Assembly (NCBI GenBank): GCA_047495785.1
Contig: JBLDXI010000029.1
Span: 1,178,001-1,242,000, forward strand
DNA length: 64,000 nt
Direction of reading: 5' to 3'
Source: Lepidodermella squamata
Taxonomy: Eukaryota; Animalia; Gastrotricha
Shown: positions 1 through 12,338 of the stretch, one piece after another
Layout: every line of letters begins with the position of its first letter
Position numbering within the stretch: position 1 is the first letter of the stretch
Notes under the pieces: generated by a model
Databases searched by the model: none
The model's input: only the letters and a program-made list of their open reading frames with translations
What the model was told of the DNA's origin: nothing
Position numbers and translations under genes: made by a program

Positions 1-1096
1 GGAAAGACCAACAGGCCACGTGAAGCACACCGGGGCATCTCCAAATAAGCCACTCCATCTGAAAAAAAAATCCATAAATTTTTCAAAATTTAATAATGTT
101 TTCAATTTACTTGGCCGATAGATTATCCAGTAACGACGAGTCACCCGTATTTTTCACGTGAATTTGCCACGTCGACCACGTCCTCATATAATTTACGTAT
201 CGATCAACGGTCCAACGCTCTTTCATTTTCACATCGAACAATCTTAAAAATTGGGTATAAAAATATTTAAAATTTTTTAAAACTTTTTTCGGACCTGATT
301 TGTTCATCAAAAGGCAGTGGCAGATTACGATACAAACTCGAGACATGCTCAACAACTTTGCTAGGCATCAGACCGCTTTTGAACTGAGTGTCGTAAAACT
401 GAAAAATTTGAATAAATTGTTCAAGATATTCACCGATTTTTTTCAAATCACAAACCGACTCCAACTCGGCATTGAATTCTTTGAATTTTTCGACGCCGTG
501 TCTAGCGATTAAATCTTGATTTTCATCCTGCTCGATATATGACGAGCCATAGATGGCTAGGACTATGCTTCCTCCAGGCTTGAGGACGCGATCAACCTCG
601 GCGTAAAATGTGGGCAAATCAAACCAATGGGCAGCCGTAAACGCTTGGATAAAGCAACAGGATGTGTCCCGAAATGGCAAATAAGACGCCGATCCAACTC
701 TGAAAAATTTAGATTTTTTCAATTTTTCAATGAAAATAGTTGAAACTAACATAAACGAAGCTTTTGATCGGCAAACTCCGGAATTATAAGCCTCCACTAG
801 TTGCGAAAACGAGGGGTCTAGCCCGACTATTGAGTCGAAAATATTGGCCAAATAATCGGAGGCTTGGCCACTTCCACAACCAATGTCAATCGCAACATTG
901 TAATCGCTTTTATCAATCCACTATTTCAGGTAAATTATCTTCGATCAGTTAGAACAGCTGCAATTTTTAATCTTACTGGATTGATTATTTCTTGGATTTT
1001 ATCGAAAATTTCTTTGGAATAAGTTGGCCGGTATGATTTGTACAAATTAGCGTGGCCTTTGTCCGCGAAACGTTCGGTATATTTTACAGAAGTCAT
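1..1096 (-). CDS. Class I SAM-dependent methyltransferase (Methyltransf_11-like), copy 1; multi-exon, 3' end runs off the window
   Basis: ATG at 1096 (MTSVKYTERFADKGHANLYKSYRPTY). Motif I IDIGCGSGQA, plus AFTAAHWFDLPTFYAEVDRVLKPGG and YMRTWSTWQ, split by ~45-55 nt GT-AG introns. Confidence 0.85.
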
Positions 1097-1198
1097 TTGA
1101 TAGTAAATTTGATTGCCTAAAAATGAATAAAGAAAAGGATTCAAATTTCAGAGATTCGATAACAAAATTGAACAAAATGAAAGATTGAAAATTCTATG

Positions 1199-2314
1199 CT
1201 ACAGTGGTTTCCTGGAAAATATCAAACCAACTGGCCATGAAAAGCATAGTAAGGTGTCACCAAAAATGTGTTTCCATCTAGAATTAGAATTTTTTCTCAT
1301 AAAATTACAATTTAAATCAAAATTCAAACTTTGATTCAAAATCGCCAAGCTTTGACGAGTCGCCAGTTTTTTGGATGTAAATTCGCCAACCGGACCAAGT
1401 TTTCAGGTAACTGACGAATCGTTCGATGGTCCAGTTTTCGCGCATTTTCAAATCGCGAAATCTTCGAGAAATCACATCATAAATAAAGAAAATGTTGCCT
1501 AATTTCCTATTTACCTGATTTGCTCTTGATATGGCAGTGGAAAATTTTGGAAAAGACCATAGACATGCTCCGCAATACCACGAGGCATTAGCCCATTGAG
1601 AAAATAGAAATCATACAACTAAATTTCGAATTATAATAAATAATTTCCCGTAATTCTCCTAAAGAAACAAACATTTTTTAATTCCGCGTTTAGTTTTTCG
1701 AACGATTCAGCGCCAAATTCTGGGACCAGGTGTTGGTTTTCGCTTAATTCAGGGTAAGATGCCGCGTAGACTGCTAAGACTAAACCTCCTCCGGGTTTCA
1801 AAATACGATCAACCTCGGCATAAAACACCGGTATATCGAACCAATGAGCAGCAGTGAAAGCTTGAATTAAGCTACAAGATTCGTCTCGAAACGGCAGATA
1901 AGACGCTGATCCAGCTCTTTAATTGGCAACGTTCAATTTTTTTTATGTAACTCACGAATTCAAAACTAACATAAAAGATCCTTTCGATTCGCAAATTTCT
2001 GAGCTTTTTGCTTCCTCGAGTTGCGGCAATGAAGAATCGAGCCCAATAATTGAGTCGAATATATCACTGAGATATTCCGTCGCCTGGCCACTTCCGCAGC
2101 CAACATCAATAGCTACATTGTAGTCGTTTGGGTCAATCCACTGTCGGATCAGTAATGATTGGTTTAACGCAACTTGATTCTTCAATTTTCATACCGATTT
2201 GACTATTTCTCCAACTTTTTCGAAGATCTCACGAGAATAGCTTGGTCGGTATGATTTGTAAAGGCTGGCGTCATTTTTACAAGCGAATCGGTCCCTGAAC
2301 TTATCGATCGGCAT
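1199..2314 (-). CDS. Class I SAM-dependent methyltransferase, tandem copy 2; multi-exon
   Basis: ATG at 2314 (MPIDKFRDRFACKNDASLYKSYRPSY), VAIDVGCGSGQA, AAHWFDIPVFYAEVDRILKPGG. Intron positions match copy 1. Last exon ends WPVGLIFSRKPL-TAG (1199-1201). Confidence 0.85.
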
Positions 2315-2546
2315 CTAAAACACCAGAATTCGTCAATAGCCATGGTAGCCAAAAAGAACTATCAAAAAACAAATGCTTTATTATTGCTATAACATAACAA
2401 TATTACTAGATGCAATATCACTCATTCTTTGTTGCCGCTGAAAAATTTCATCAATTTCAAATGCTTGTATTGAGCCATGACTTTTGCACGCTCTTCGTCT
2501 AGCACTTTCTGCCGTGCGGGCGTGACATTTTTGCCGTAAGTGTGTT

Positions 2547-3200
2547 TTACGGGTTCTTTTGCAGATTTGGGCACGAAAGTGAGCGGTGCTTCGTCTGCCT
2601 TTTTCTTCCGGCGTATTTCGGCGGCGCTTGAGCAACTTCTCCGAACGGGATTTCTTCTGGTTTAAAATCGTCGAACTCGTCTTCAGAATCTTTACTCTTC
2701 ATTTCCCGGCGCATCGCTTTAGCTCGCTTTCTCTCCCTCAATCTTTCATGTCGGCGCTGCCTTCTCGATATTTCTGTAAAAAAAAACAGCGGTACAAAGT
2801 GTTTACCTTCAACCTGTTTAAAATTACTTTCTTCGCCTGTTAGTGGATCGACCTGTGATGAAGAAATCTTCGCTTTAATAAAAGCATCTGCGATATCATC
2901 GTTTAAATCTCGGATCGTTTGCTTTGGCTTCGATTTCGCCTTGATTTCAGGCGCTGAATTAGACTTGTGATGTTTAGTCGGTATTTCATCGTCTTCTTCG
3001 TGCTGTCTTTTCTGCTTACGTTTGACCGGAACTGCATTTTTTGTTTGCAAGAATTCGCGCATCTTACGCGGAATAAATTGCGAGTCATCCTCTGACGGCG
3101 GCATGTTCATGCCTTCTCTAGATCGTTTTCGTCCAACAGGTTTTAGTTTGTGAACTCGTCGTTTCTGTGGTTTTCCGATACGAGGAGCTTTTGGCGGCAT
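2547..3200 (-). CDS. CCDC137: CCDC137-like basic nucleolar protein; probably one in-frame intron (2774-2827)
   Basis: K/R-rich ORF with N-terminal DSQFIPRKMRE and C-terminal EEIPFGEVAQAPP motifs recalled from CCDC137. AATAAA at about 2378-2383 on the minus strand. Confidence 0.65.
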   Translation of the reverse strand: MPPKAPRIGKPQKRRVHKLKPVGRKRSREGMNMPPSEDDSQFIPRKMREFLQTKNAVPVKRKQKRQHEEDDEIPTKHHKSNSAPEIKAKSKPKQTIRDLNDDIADAFIKAKISSSQVDPLTGEESNFKQVEGKHFVPLFFFTEISRRQRRHERLRERKRAKAMRREMKSKDSEDEFDDFKPEEIPFGEVAQAPPKYAGRKRQTKHRSLSCPNLQKNP

Positions 3201-4103
3201 TTCTATTAATTCGATAAGCTCTAGACGTTAGTAAAAATAATGCAATATATGTTATCTGTGGTAAAAGGAGGTCTATCAAAGCGAAAATGCTATTCAGATT
3301 CCTGTGAGTAGTTACAACATTTGAAATGAAATGACATCTGTGGGAACAATCCAGCTGCACATGAAAAAGGTACATATGGGACACGAAGGCCTCGAATCCG
3401 CGTGAAACACACATATCACCTTCTTCGCAATATTTTCGGCTGTAATCGAAACTTTACAGTTAACTGTCAGCCAAACAGCCGGTTCAGCCTGGCAGGATTT
3501 TCGGGATCGGCCGACAGCCACAGCCAACCACGTGACTTGGATTTTATTCAAGTCTTTCATATTGACATATAATATAAAATATGTATAAAAACAAATTTAT
3601 GCGCATAAATACTTATTCTTGATAAATTTTAAAATTTTATGGGTACTAAGGACGCTCGGTTTGCCCATGAGTATCTTGTTTTCTGCAATGAAAGGAACAC
3701 CGCTGTCTGTGTCAGGAAGATTGTGGGTTTTCGGCTGAAAGTTGGATTTGCGATAGCTGAGATTGTTTGTTCTTGTCGACAGCGTGATATCCCATGTAAC
3801 AATATTTTGCTCATTCCAGCTCTTGTCACTGTCATCACAAAGTAATTCGTTTTAATCAGAAATCAGAAAACAGTTAGAATGCAAGTTCTGGAAAGAAATC
3901 GCCACTCTTTTCTTTCCATCGAGCCATGAATGCAATGTTACAGCTTTCCTGTGGTTTAAGTTTTAGGTTAAGAATTGAATTTTCTTGTTGATTGTTTATT
4001 ATTCCTATGAGGATATTTTATTCGAATTCCGTATCATTCTGATATGTTATAATTATAGATTATTTTATCAGCAACAATCATGAACTGATTTGTTGTCTGT
4101 GTT

Positions 4104-7100
4104 ATGGCAACTGAAATTGACAGTTTTATCCGCGGCTTCAAGCGTCACGACGTTGGAGCTCGGGTTTGTTTGCTTTCATGGTTGCATATCTTAATGATTC
4201 CTAATTATTGATGTCAAGGATTACGGAGAAACTCCCGAAAACGCTACACTACCGTTTGCGATTCGAGATAGCAGCGCAGAACAGCGCAGGAAAGCTTTCG
4301 AACGCAATAGAGAATACAATGAATATATTCAAACCAAGGAGAAAGACAGAGTATGTTCGAACTTTTATCAAGTCTTGTAGAAGCTTATTTTTTTTTGAAG
4401 AAGCGGTACGGCTCGCATGATGATCTAGGCCGTAGTGACCGGCCATACGCCACACTACCGGTGGGCAGTGAGGAAGCTGCAAGGGTAAGACAAATGATTC
4501 ATTCATGTGATTTCTATTTAAGAACTAATCATTTACAATCTAGCGAGAAAAAGCTGAGCAGAGAAATCGAGAATACAACGAATTCTTGAAAGAAAAACAC
4601 CTGCAACAACGAGAACTTGAGACTGTAAGATCGATAGGAAAATTAATTAATGGTCAACAATTAAGCGTTCGGTTCTTGTTTTAGTTTCAAGATGCGGAGC
4701 AAAAAGGTAGACCATCATGGTTCACTGAAGACCGGTAAGATATTTTCATCAATTTTTATAATTTAATCGTTTCATTTGCATAGCCCACCTCGTAAGCCGC
4801 CAGAAATGAACGGTGGAACTCTATTGATTGGTAAGCCTATCTACATTGCTTTCTAGCTGATTTAAAGTCTTAAACTTTAGGCGGAGTTGACAGCCGCGAA
4901 GCTCGGCGTGTTCGTCAAGCGCAATATGGTGCAGAGCTTCAAGCTCAAATTCACGCTAAAGAAGAAGCTAAACTAAAGTAAAGCCTGATTTATTAAATCT
5001 GAAGTTGATCTTATTCCTTCATTCATTTCTCACTTAGATCGAAAAACTTGGATCTCAAAGTCGATCCCACTGGTGCTGTGGATCCAGAAAAGGATCCAAA
5101 CAGGATTCGAAACCTTGCCCCAAAAGTCCCAATAGTTTCATATAGACCAGGAGATCAAAATGCCAGTACAGGATTTCCTATGGACTTTCCACCACCTCGC
5201 CCCGAGCCGCCTCGATCTGTAAGTTGAAGCTGTCGAAGTAATTTCTTGAAAACAATTCTTGTTTGTTAAGTACGCACCTCAACACGAGCAAATGCCCATG
5301 CACAATCAGTACAGCGGAGGCGGAGGAGGTGGGGGCGGCGTTGTCGTGGTTCAGCGACCCCCGCCGCCTCAGATCACACCAGGGAAACCTCTGGACTTGA
5401 GCCGAATCGATGCAATTCACACTGATGTATTCTCGCAGTTGCCGCAACGACCTCCGCCCCAACTTTACTCAGGCCTAGCTCAAGAAGCATTAAGCCTTCT
5501 TAATCGCCGACCTGTTCTACCTGGCACGGCGGACCTTACAGGATTCGAGCCAAGGTGAGTACAAATTTTCTTAAATTACCCGTTAATTTTTTAAATTAAC
5601 CATTTATTTCTGATTTGTTTTCGCATTATTTCGATGCAATTTCAAAAGAAATTCTTTACCGTTCAGCAGCCACGATAATCCTGTGCCATCATTGAGGCTA
5701 CAAGATGATTTGTATGTATTGATAAAAAGAAAATATTTCCCTTATTTCCTGCCTCATTTTCGTTTTAATTTTCGTTCAATTTCCGGCAAATTTTACGTTG
5801 TTTTCTTCAAACTTGATTTTTTTGCTTCAGTTCATTATTTGCAAACGGCTTGCTACCAGCAAATATGTTTCCGCCCGGCTACCAGCCGCTTACACCTCGA
5901 ATGCCCAATGAGTTTCATGGCTTTCAAAGGTTAGCTTTAGCTATAATTTTCAGTTTAATCACTCGAGAACTGCTTTATCGCTATTTTAATGAATCATTAC
6001 ATTTTAGCAACGGCGGAGCTAGTGGCGGCTTTGGCGGTGGCTTTGGTCTAGGTTTCGGAGGCGGTACAACTCCGGCACCGCCTACGACAGAGCGAAAATG
6101 GAAGAACGAGATGACAATGACTAAGGATGAAAAAGAAATTTTTGCTGAAAAGGAGAGGAAAAAGAAAGAGTACGATCGAGAATTGAGGCGCCAAATGGAA
6201 GAAAAAGCGTTGAAGAAGGCCAGGGAGCAAGAGAAATTTCTACAGTAAGCTAAGATATATAAAGACTCTAGTTTATAAACGAGTTCTCTTGAATTTTAGG
6301 GAGGATTTGAAAAAAATGGAAGAAATGAAAAATTATGACCCGTTCGGCAAAGGTGGAGGTGGAGCTCCCTTTAAAGACAAGAGTGGAAAAGTTGTTGGTA
6401 GGTTTGATTAAATTCACTCTTAAATGTAAAATAATTCCATGCAATCAGCTGATTTGAAACGGCTTCGCGATAACGGTGGAAGCGGCGATGAAGGCGAACC
6501 GTATCGGTCGCCGGAACGGTCGCGTTACAACGAGCCACCACCTGTTGATCACTATTTCGGGGGTGGAGGAGGTGATCATCCGACTACAGCTGGTTCGGGA
6601 GATACAAATTACGCCAGGGGTGGGCACGGAATTTTCGGCAATCCGAAAACTGAGGAGCAGAAGAAAAATGAAGACAAGTACAAGAATGCCCTTCAGCAAC
6701 AAGTAAATTTAAAAAATTAAACAAATGATTTTTACTAATTTTTACGTGAATTTTAGATCGAAGAGAAAAAGCGCCGCCAAGAGGAAGAAAAGCGGAAAAT
6801 TCGCGAGCAAGAGGAGCGAGAAGCTCGTCGAGCTCAAGAGCAGAATAAACGAGCTCAGGACGACCTCGAACGCGAAAAAATGCGGGCGAAATATAAGGAA
6901 GAAGAGGTGAAATATGAATTTTTATTCGAACCTTCACCTCGATTTCTAACCAATTTTTTAAAATTTAGATGAGGATGAGAAATGAAGAGTTAATGCGAGA
7001 AGCTGGCGAGCGTAAAATCAACAATCACAACGTCAAAATGAATCATGCCAATTTGTCGCCTCGAATCACCGATAACGATATGAATGACGATTGGGCGAGG

Positions 7101-9197
7101 CTTAAACGCGAATTGGTAAGTTCACTCTTTCAGCCTGTTAGCTATTTTTCATTTTTCAGCAAATTTATTCAATTAATTTTGGTGATTATACACGTTTATT
7201 AGACGGAAGCGCCCCCACCGCCTCCTGGCGATACAGTCATTGAGCTTCCTTATTCGATGCAATTATCAAAAATGACCCATCGATTGGTACTGTTTTTAAA
7301 TTCACAGCCTATATGAGAGCTTGATATTTAAATGCTTGGCCATACTTTTACGACCACTCTAACAATACTTGACATTTTGAATGCCTCACAAAATTTGAAG
7401 CTTTTACTCACCTTTAACTGCTACGATTTTAGTGAAAGCACGGAATTCAATAATCTTTTGAATTTTCGCGAATTAACTGAAATTTTGTTGTTTTTGTAGG
7501 GTGTCGGAAGCACTGTCCCGAATACCGGCCGAGATAATAGTAAGTTTAACTACTTCCATACGATATCATGTTCGAAAATTAATAAAAATACGCTTGCAAA
7601 TTTCATTGCCAGTTGGGCTCAAATACACGAACAGTTCAGCTGGTTCAGGTATCATTGAGCGAAAATCGACTGAAAATGACTATGTGGCTTAGCGCCCATT
7701 AATTTTTGTTCGAACATCTTCTTTAGCTAGTTCGCAATTGCGCTATTTTGTTTTTTTACTGTTCAAAATTTTATTCGAAATTGATAAATAAAATGTAAAA
7801 TTTCTTTGACCAGGTGCTGCAGTGAGTCATCAGTTGTCCCACATGCGTAAAATATTGGAGGACGAGCGGCGTCGTGTTGAAGATATGCTGAAAAATCGCG
7901 AAAACGACCATTCGAGCAATGTTAATGTTCTTAAAAAGGATATAAAGTCAGTCTAATTTTTTTAGGAATTTCATGTAATTTTATGTAAATGTTTTTAGTG
8001 TTGGTCCGATTAAAAATGTTGACGTGTTCGAAATGGCTCGACTTCGAGGCGCAGCGCTTGCCCGGAGGACAGGATCGGCTGCTGATGCTAGAAATGTCGA
8101 TGACTTCACCCAGCTCAAATCAAGTTAGCATTAGAAATTTAATCTCTCAATTTCATTTTTCTCACGGCTTTGATTCTGTTGAAAATTTTTTTTAAAATTA
8201 AGAAAAAACAAGATCGCGAGGCGAATTTCGGAAGGTGTTTCCCGAGAATCCGTATACAAATACGGGTCTTGAGTTGCAGCAGTTAGCTTTGATTCGGCAA
8301 CAAGAAGAAAAGCTTGCTAATCTCAAGCAGCGTAGGTTTACTAGAAATGCGTGATTTTTCAAGGGCACTGCACTTTTCCAGTATTTTCAACACAAATTAC
8401 TCGCACGTGTGACAAAGCTATTTTCCCATTTTTTCCCATTCTAAATCAATATTTCTTGAAACAGAACCGATCATGTCTGATCTATCTCTGGATCGAGACC
8501 GAGTTTCGGCCGCTCGCCTTCAATCAGATACAGCTTTCCTTGGTAATTTGTTTTAGAAATAATATTATCTCAGAGGTTAACGTTTTCTTTAGACTTGGAT
8601 GGCAATCTCATCGATCTTTCCGCGATTGAAGATGCTGAGAGGAAGCATCGTGAGCACATGGAGCATTTCGATACTTTACCTGGGGCTGATCGTGCCTACC
8701 GAAATAAGGTCTGTCATTAAAAATTTAGCTGTCAGGTTTTTATGTTGTCAATTTTCAGCGCCCTCCATCTCAGTCGAGTATAAATCCTGACCGGATAATG
8801 GAGGCGAATCAGGACAGGCTACGGCGTTTAAAGGAAACTGGCGATGATACTTCCCTTGCTGATCCGGACGATATTTTGGACAATTTTATGACCAAACAAA
8901 TCCATCATAGGTGAGTAAATATAACTTGAGGGCTTTGAGCAATACAGTGGTGCCTGGTGGGACAAAAATTAATATTACTTTTGCTATTAATAAATTGTTT
9001 AGACCTTGAACAAACGGTAAGAGTGAACCATATTATGCTTGATATCTTATTTTTGCATCCCAATTTTGTTCAATTAATTCTGTAATCTATTTAGTATTCT
9101 GAATTAATCACTTTTATCGTTTTCCAGGCCACATTCGCAAAAATCGTTGTACGATGACACCTGGCTTTATCCGATAGCGCCGCAACAAGCTTGGTGA
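4104..9197 (+). CDS. CSPP1: Centrosome and spindle pole-associated protein 1-like; many small exons
   Basis: Starts MATEIDSFIRGFK. Exons carry YDPFGKGGGGAPFKDKSGKVV-ADLKRL, YARGGHGIFG, coiled coils, SLADPDDILDNFM and a last exon RPHSQKSLYDDTWLYP...TGA (9195-9197), resembling CSPP1. Confidence 0.8.
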
Positions 9198-10570
9198 AGT
9201 TATCCAGTTTGCCGCAACGAACTGATAGCAGTCTGTGATGTTTATGTTTAAATGTCGTGTTTAATTCATCATGAATCAGGTTTATAAACCTATGAAATTA
9301 CTCCTATATAACCAATTTTATCTATGCCGCAACAAATACTCGTTTCTTCTCCAGCTAATATCTTGTGGAGCTTGATTACTTATTTTGGGGATATTTTGTT
9401 GCCTATTTATTGCCGGGGCGCTATCTGCCCTTCTTCCATTGTTATTTTCACTTATAATGCACTATCATCGAAAATGTGATATTTTTGATGCACAATATTG
9501 CCATTCATATAAAATTAATTTTTGGAATCTGAGACGCTTGCCTTCAATTCGCATCTGGTTAATCCAAAATTACATGCGAAGCGTAGATTTGTTGAAATTT
9601 GTGGTGAGCAATGGTAAATAAACTTGGTATTTTTCACGATATTCTCCGGTTTACATGAAACTCATGGGACTGATGAGGGTTTGATGGTGGTTCATGTTGA
9701 AGTAAACCTGAAGTAACCTCATGTTGAAGTTGAGGACTGTCAATCTCAGTCTGAAAACAGTTTTTAGCGGTTGTGGTGCCGGATGCGCGTTGCTACATAT
9801 AATGCTAGCGCAGCCTGAGGAAATGCTGACTCAAAAACGTGAAGATGAACGTTTTCTGTTTGGCTGCCTGTGGCTCATGATCCTATTGGGACCCGAGCCC
9901 GGAACGTGCCCGCGTTCGCTAAGATTCGTTGTCGTAAAGTTGCAGCGTGCGTCACGTACGGGCCCGCTTCAGAGAATACCGATCACGGAGTGGTAAAGCG
10001 CCGTTACCCAACCATATACGGGACGGCCCGAACACGTACGGATCAAAATCGCGGGCCCCAACACACTCATGATGGAAAACTTTCCCGCGCAAACATAAAA
10101 AACTGCCAATAAAAATTATTTCAAATTTATGTTATTTAATTTTTTGAATTTCTGAAGCTTTATGTTATCAATAATTCTGTTATTTTAAATTTTAAAATAA
10201 CATCCTTCACGCGAAATTGATTAATAGCAATCTCGAGCGGGATTTTTTTCGATGTCGGTTCGATGACGACTTTTGTTGACTATGCCAACGATCGTCGACG
10301 TGACGGCTGACGATGCCCTCTCCACATTCCTGCATAATATATAGCCCTTGATAGATTCGCAAAGCACTATTATCTATCTTGCTAGCCAATTTCTCTTATC
10401 TTATGTTTATTAAACTATAATCTTAAATCTCAAGTAGACCAGCTGACGAAGGTGTTGAATTTAGGGTTTTAAGACGTTGGATTGATCATTATTATCAACC
10501 TGATACTCGACTGATAGGGCTAATCACCTTTAACATCTTTTACTGGAACAACGTTTAGGCTGAATTATAT

Positions 10571-12006
10571 ATGTCTGTTGTTGGAGAAGCCCCGGTTCCT
10601 CTATTCATTGCTCAGGCAATCGGAAGGAGGCACATTGTCGTTGCCGGCGGTGGTGGCGCCGCAAAGACCGGCTTGAAAAACGGAATTTTCTTTTACGAAA
10701 TCAAGAATAAAGATGGAAAAATTACCTTTGAGGAGACCAAATTCTTCTCAACCCAAGACTATGCACCCATGTGCGGTTATGTCCGCGCACAAACTCTGGA
10801 GCAGTTCTTACTCGCGGTGCCGAGAGATGACGAATGCGTCAATGTTTCTCTTGCTGCCTACTGCTTTGAAAAGCACACCTCCGGTTTGTTCGAAGCCTGT
10901 CTATTATATATGATTTGCTAATACTGTGCAATTTCAGCTGATCATACCCATAATCACACTTGTGCCGCCAACGGACGAGTTTCGTTCAAACTTCAACAAA
11001 TCGCTTGCTGTAAAACCGATTTCGCCGAGGCAGTGAACACTGCTAATAAAAGTCAAGAATACATAAAAACTGTCGCAATTGCACCAACCCGGGATTATCT
11101 TGCTATCGGAACAACCGACGGCCAAGTGACGGTGTTTAAAATTAGCGAAGCCGGTCTCAAAAAGATTGACTCAGTGCGCGCTCATCCAGGAGAAATTGTC
11201 GATTTGGATTTCCATCCAACTGATAGACAGGTTTGTTAAAGCTTTTCAAGGATTATGATATACAATTCTATTTATTTAGATTGCGACAATATCACGTGAT
11301 TCATGTGGTTTTCTATGGGCTTTTGAAGATAATTCTCGCCTCAAGAAAGTAGCAACATTCCATTGGACTGCTCAAGGTGATAACAAGTACCGTTATCGTG
11401 CGTGCCGGTAAATTATATTACCACAATGCTATTTGCATCTTGAAAATTTATCTTCTTTATAGTTTTGCTGTATCTCAAGATCGAAACGGTTCAGTTTTTC
11501 TCTATCTAGCCGCCGTACCTCGTGTTCTCGACAAAACTTCCTGCAGTTATTTGTTACGCTGGGATGCAAAGCGGAACTTCTCTCTGGTCAAATCTACGAA
11601 ACAAGTCGACGAAATAACTTCGCTGAGTATGAGCGACGACGGCATTTTCGTCGCAATCGGCACAAAAGCGGGCGTTGTTGACATTTACACTGCCTTCAAC
11701 TTGGCCCGTGTCTATCGTAAAGTGGGTGCTCACGACATTTTCGTTACATCTCTCGCGTTTTTGCCCACTTGCTGGCCTGAAACGACCAATCTATTGAACG
11801 GAGCCGAGGTTGGCCTAGTCAGTGTGTCAGCTGACCGGAAAATAACATTACACACCGTATTTCCTAGAAGTATGTAAAACTTTTAAGATTTTGAAGCGAT
11901 TATTAATGATTCTTTTTCAGGGTCTTTCAATCTTCTGTGGACACTGAGCGGTGCAATCTGCTTAATCTACTTGTTCTTTTGGTCTTTAGTGTATTTTCAA
12001 ATTTAA
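10571..12006 (+). CDS. PREB: Prolactin regulatory element-binding protein / Sec12 (Sar1 GEF), WD40 propeller plus C-terminal TM; 5 exons
   Basis: K-loop AGGGGAAKTGLKNG, WD repeats (AHPGEIVDLDFHP; AHDIFVTSLAF; VSVSADRK), C-terminal TM LLWTLSGAICLIYLFFWSLVYF. Confidence 0.9.
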
Positions 12007-12338
12007 ATCTGTGCATATTGAAAAATTGGTTAATTATTATAATTATTATTACTTTGACTCCGGCGTATTCGGTGTTGGTTGTATTTTCTTCATTGACATT
12101 GCTCTAATGGTGAAAAATAATATTATTGCTTTTTATGATGGCCTCTTCATTCTATTCGTATGATATCCTCCTCGGTTTTTTGTGTTTACATTCGGAATGT
12201 GGTGCAGCGTTGAGGCCGATAAACTGTGACCTATCTTTTGTTTCCTGAGAAAAAACACTACGGTTAACTTATGAAAATGACAAAAATTCACTTCTCAATG
12301 CATTTATCCTAGTTTTACATTAAATTTGATTATTTGAC

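Noticed and set aside
2774-2806. Possible 33-nt in-frame mini-intron in CCDC137
   Set aside because: An upstream donor at 2827 gives an in-frame 54-nt intron, matching the usual size here. No reason to invoke an ultra-short intron.
10442-10480. CTGACGA hammerhead-like start (also CTGATGA at about 9670)
   Set aside because: No stem II followed by GAAA, so the core is incomplete.
12263-12312. Acceptor before the CSE1L ATG as trans-splicing evidence
   Set aside because: A plausible donor 50 nt upstream explains it as an ordinary 5'UTR cis-intron.
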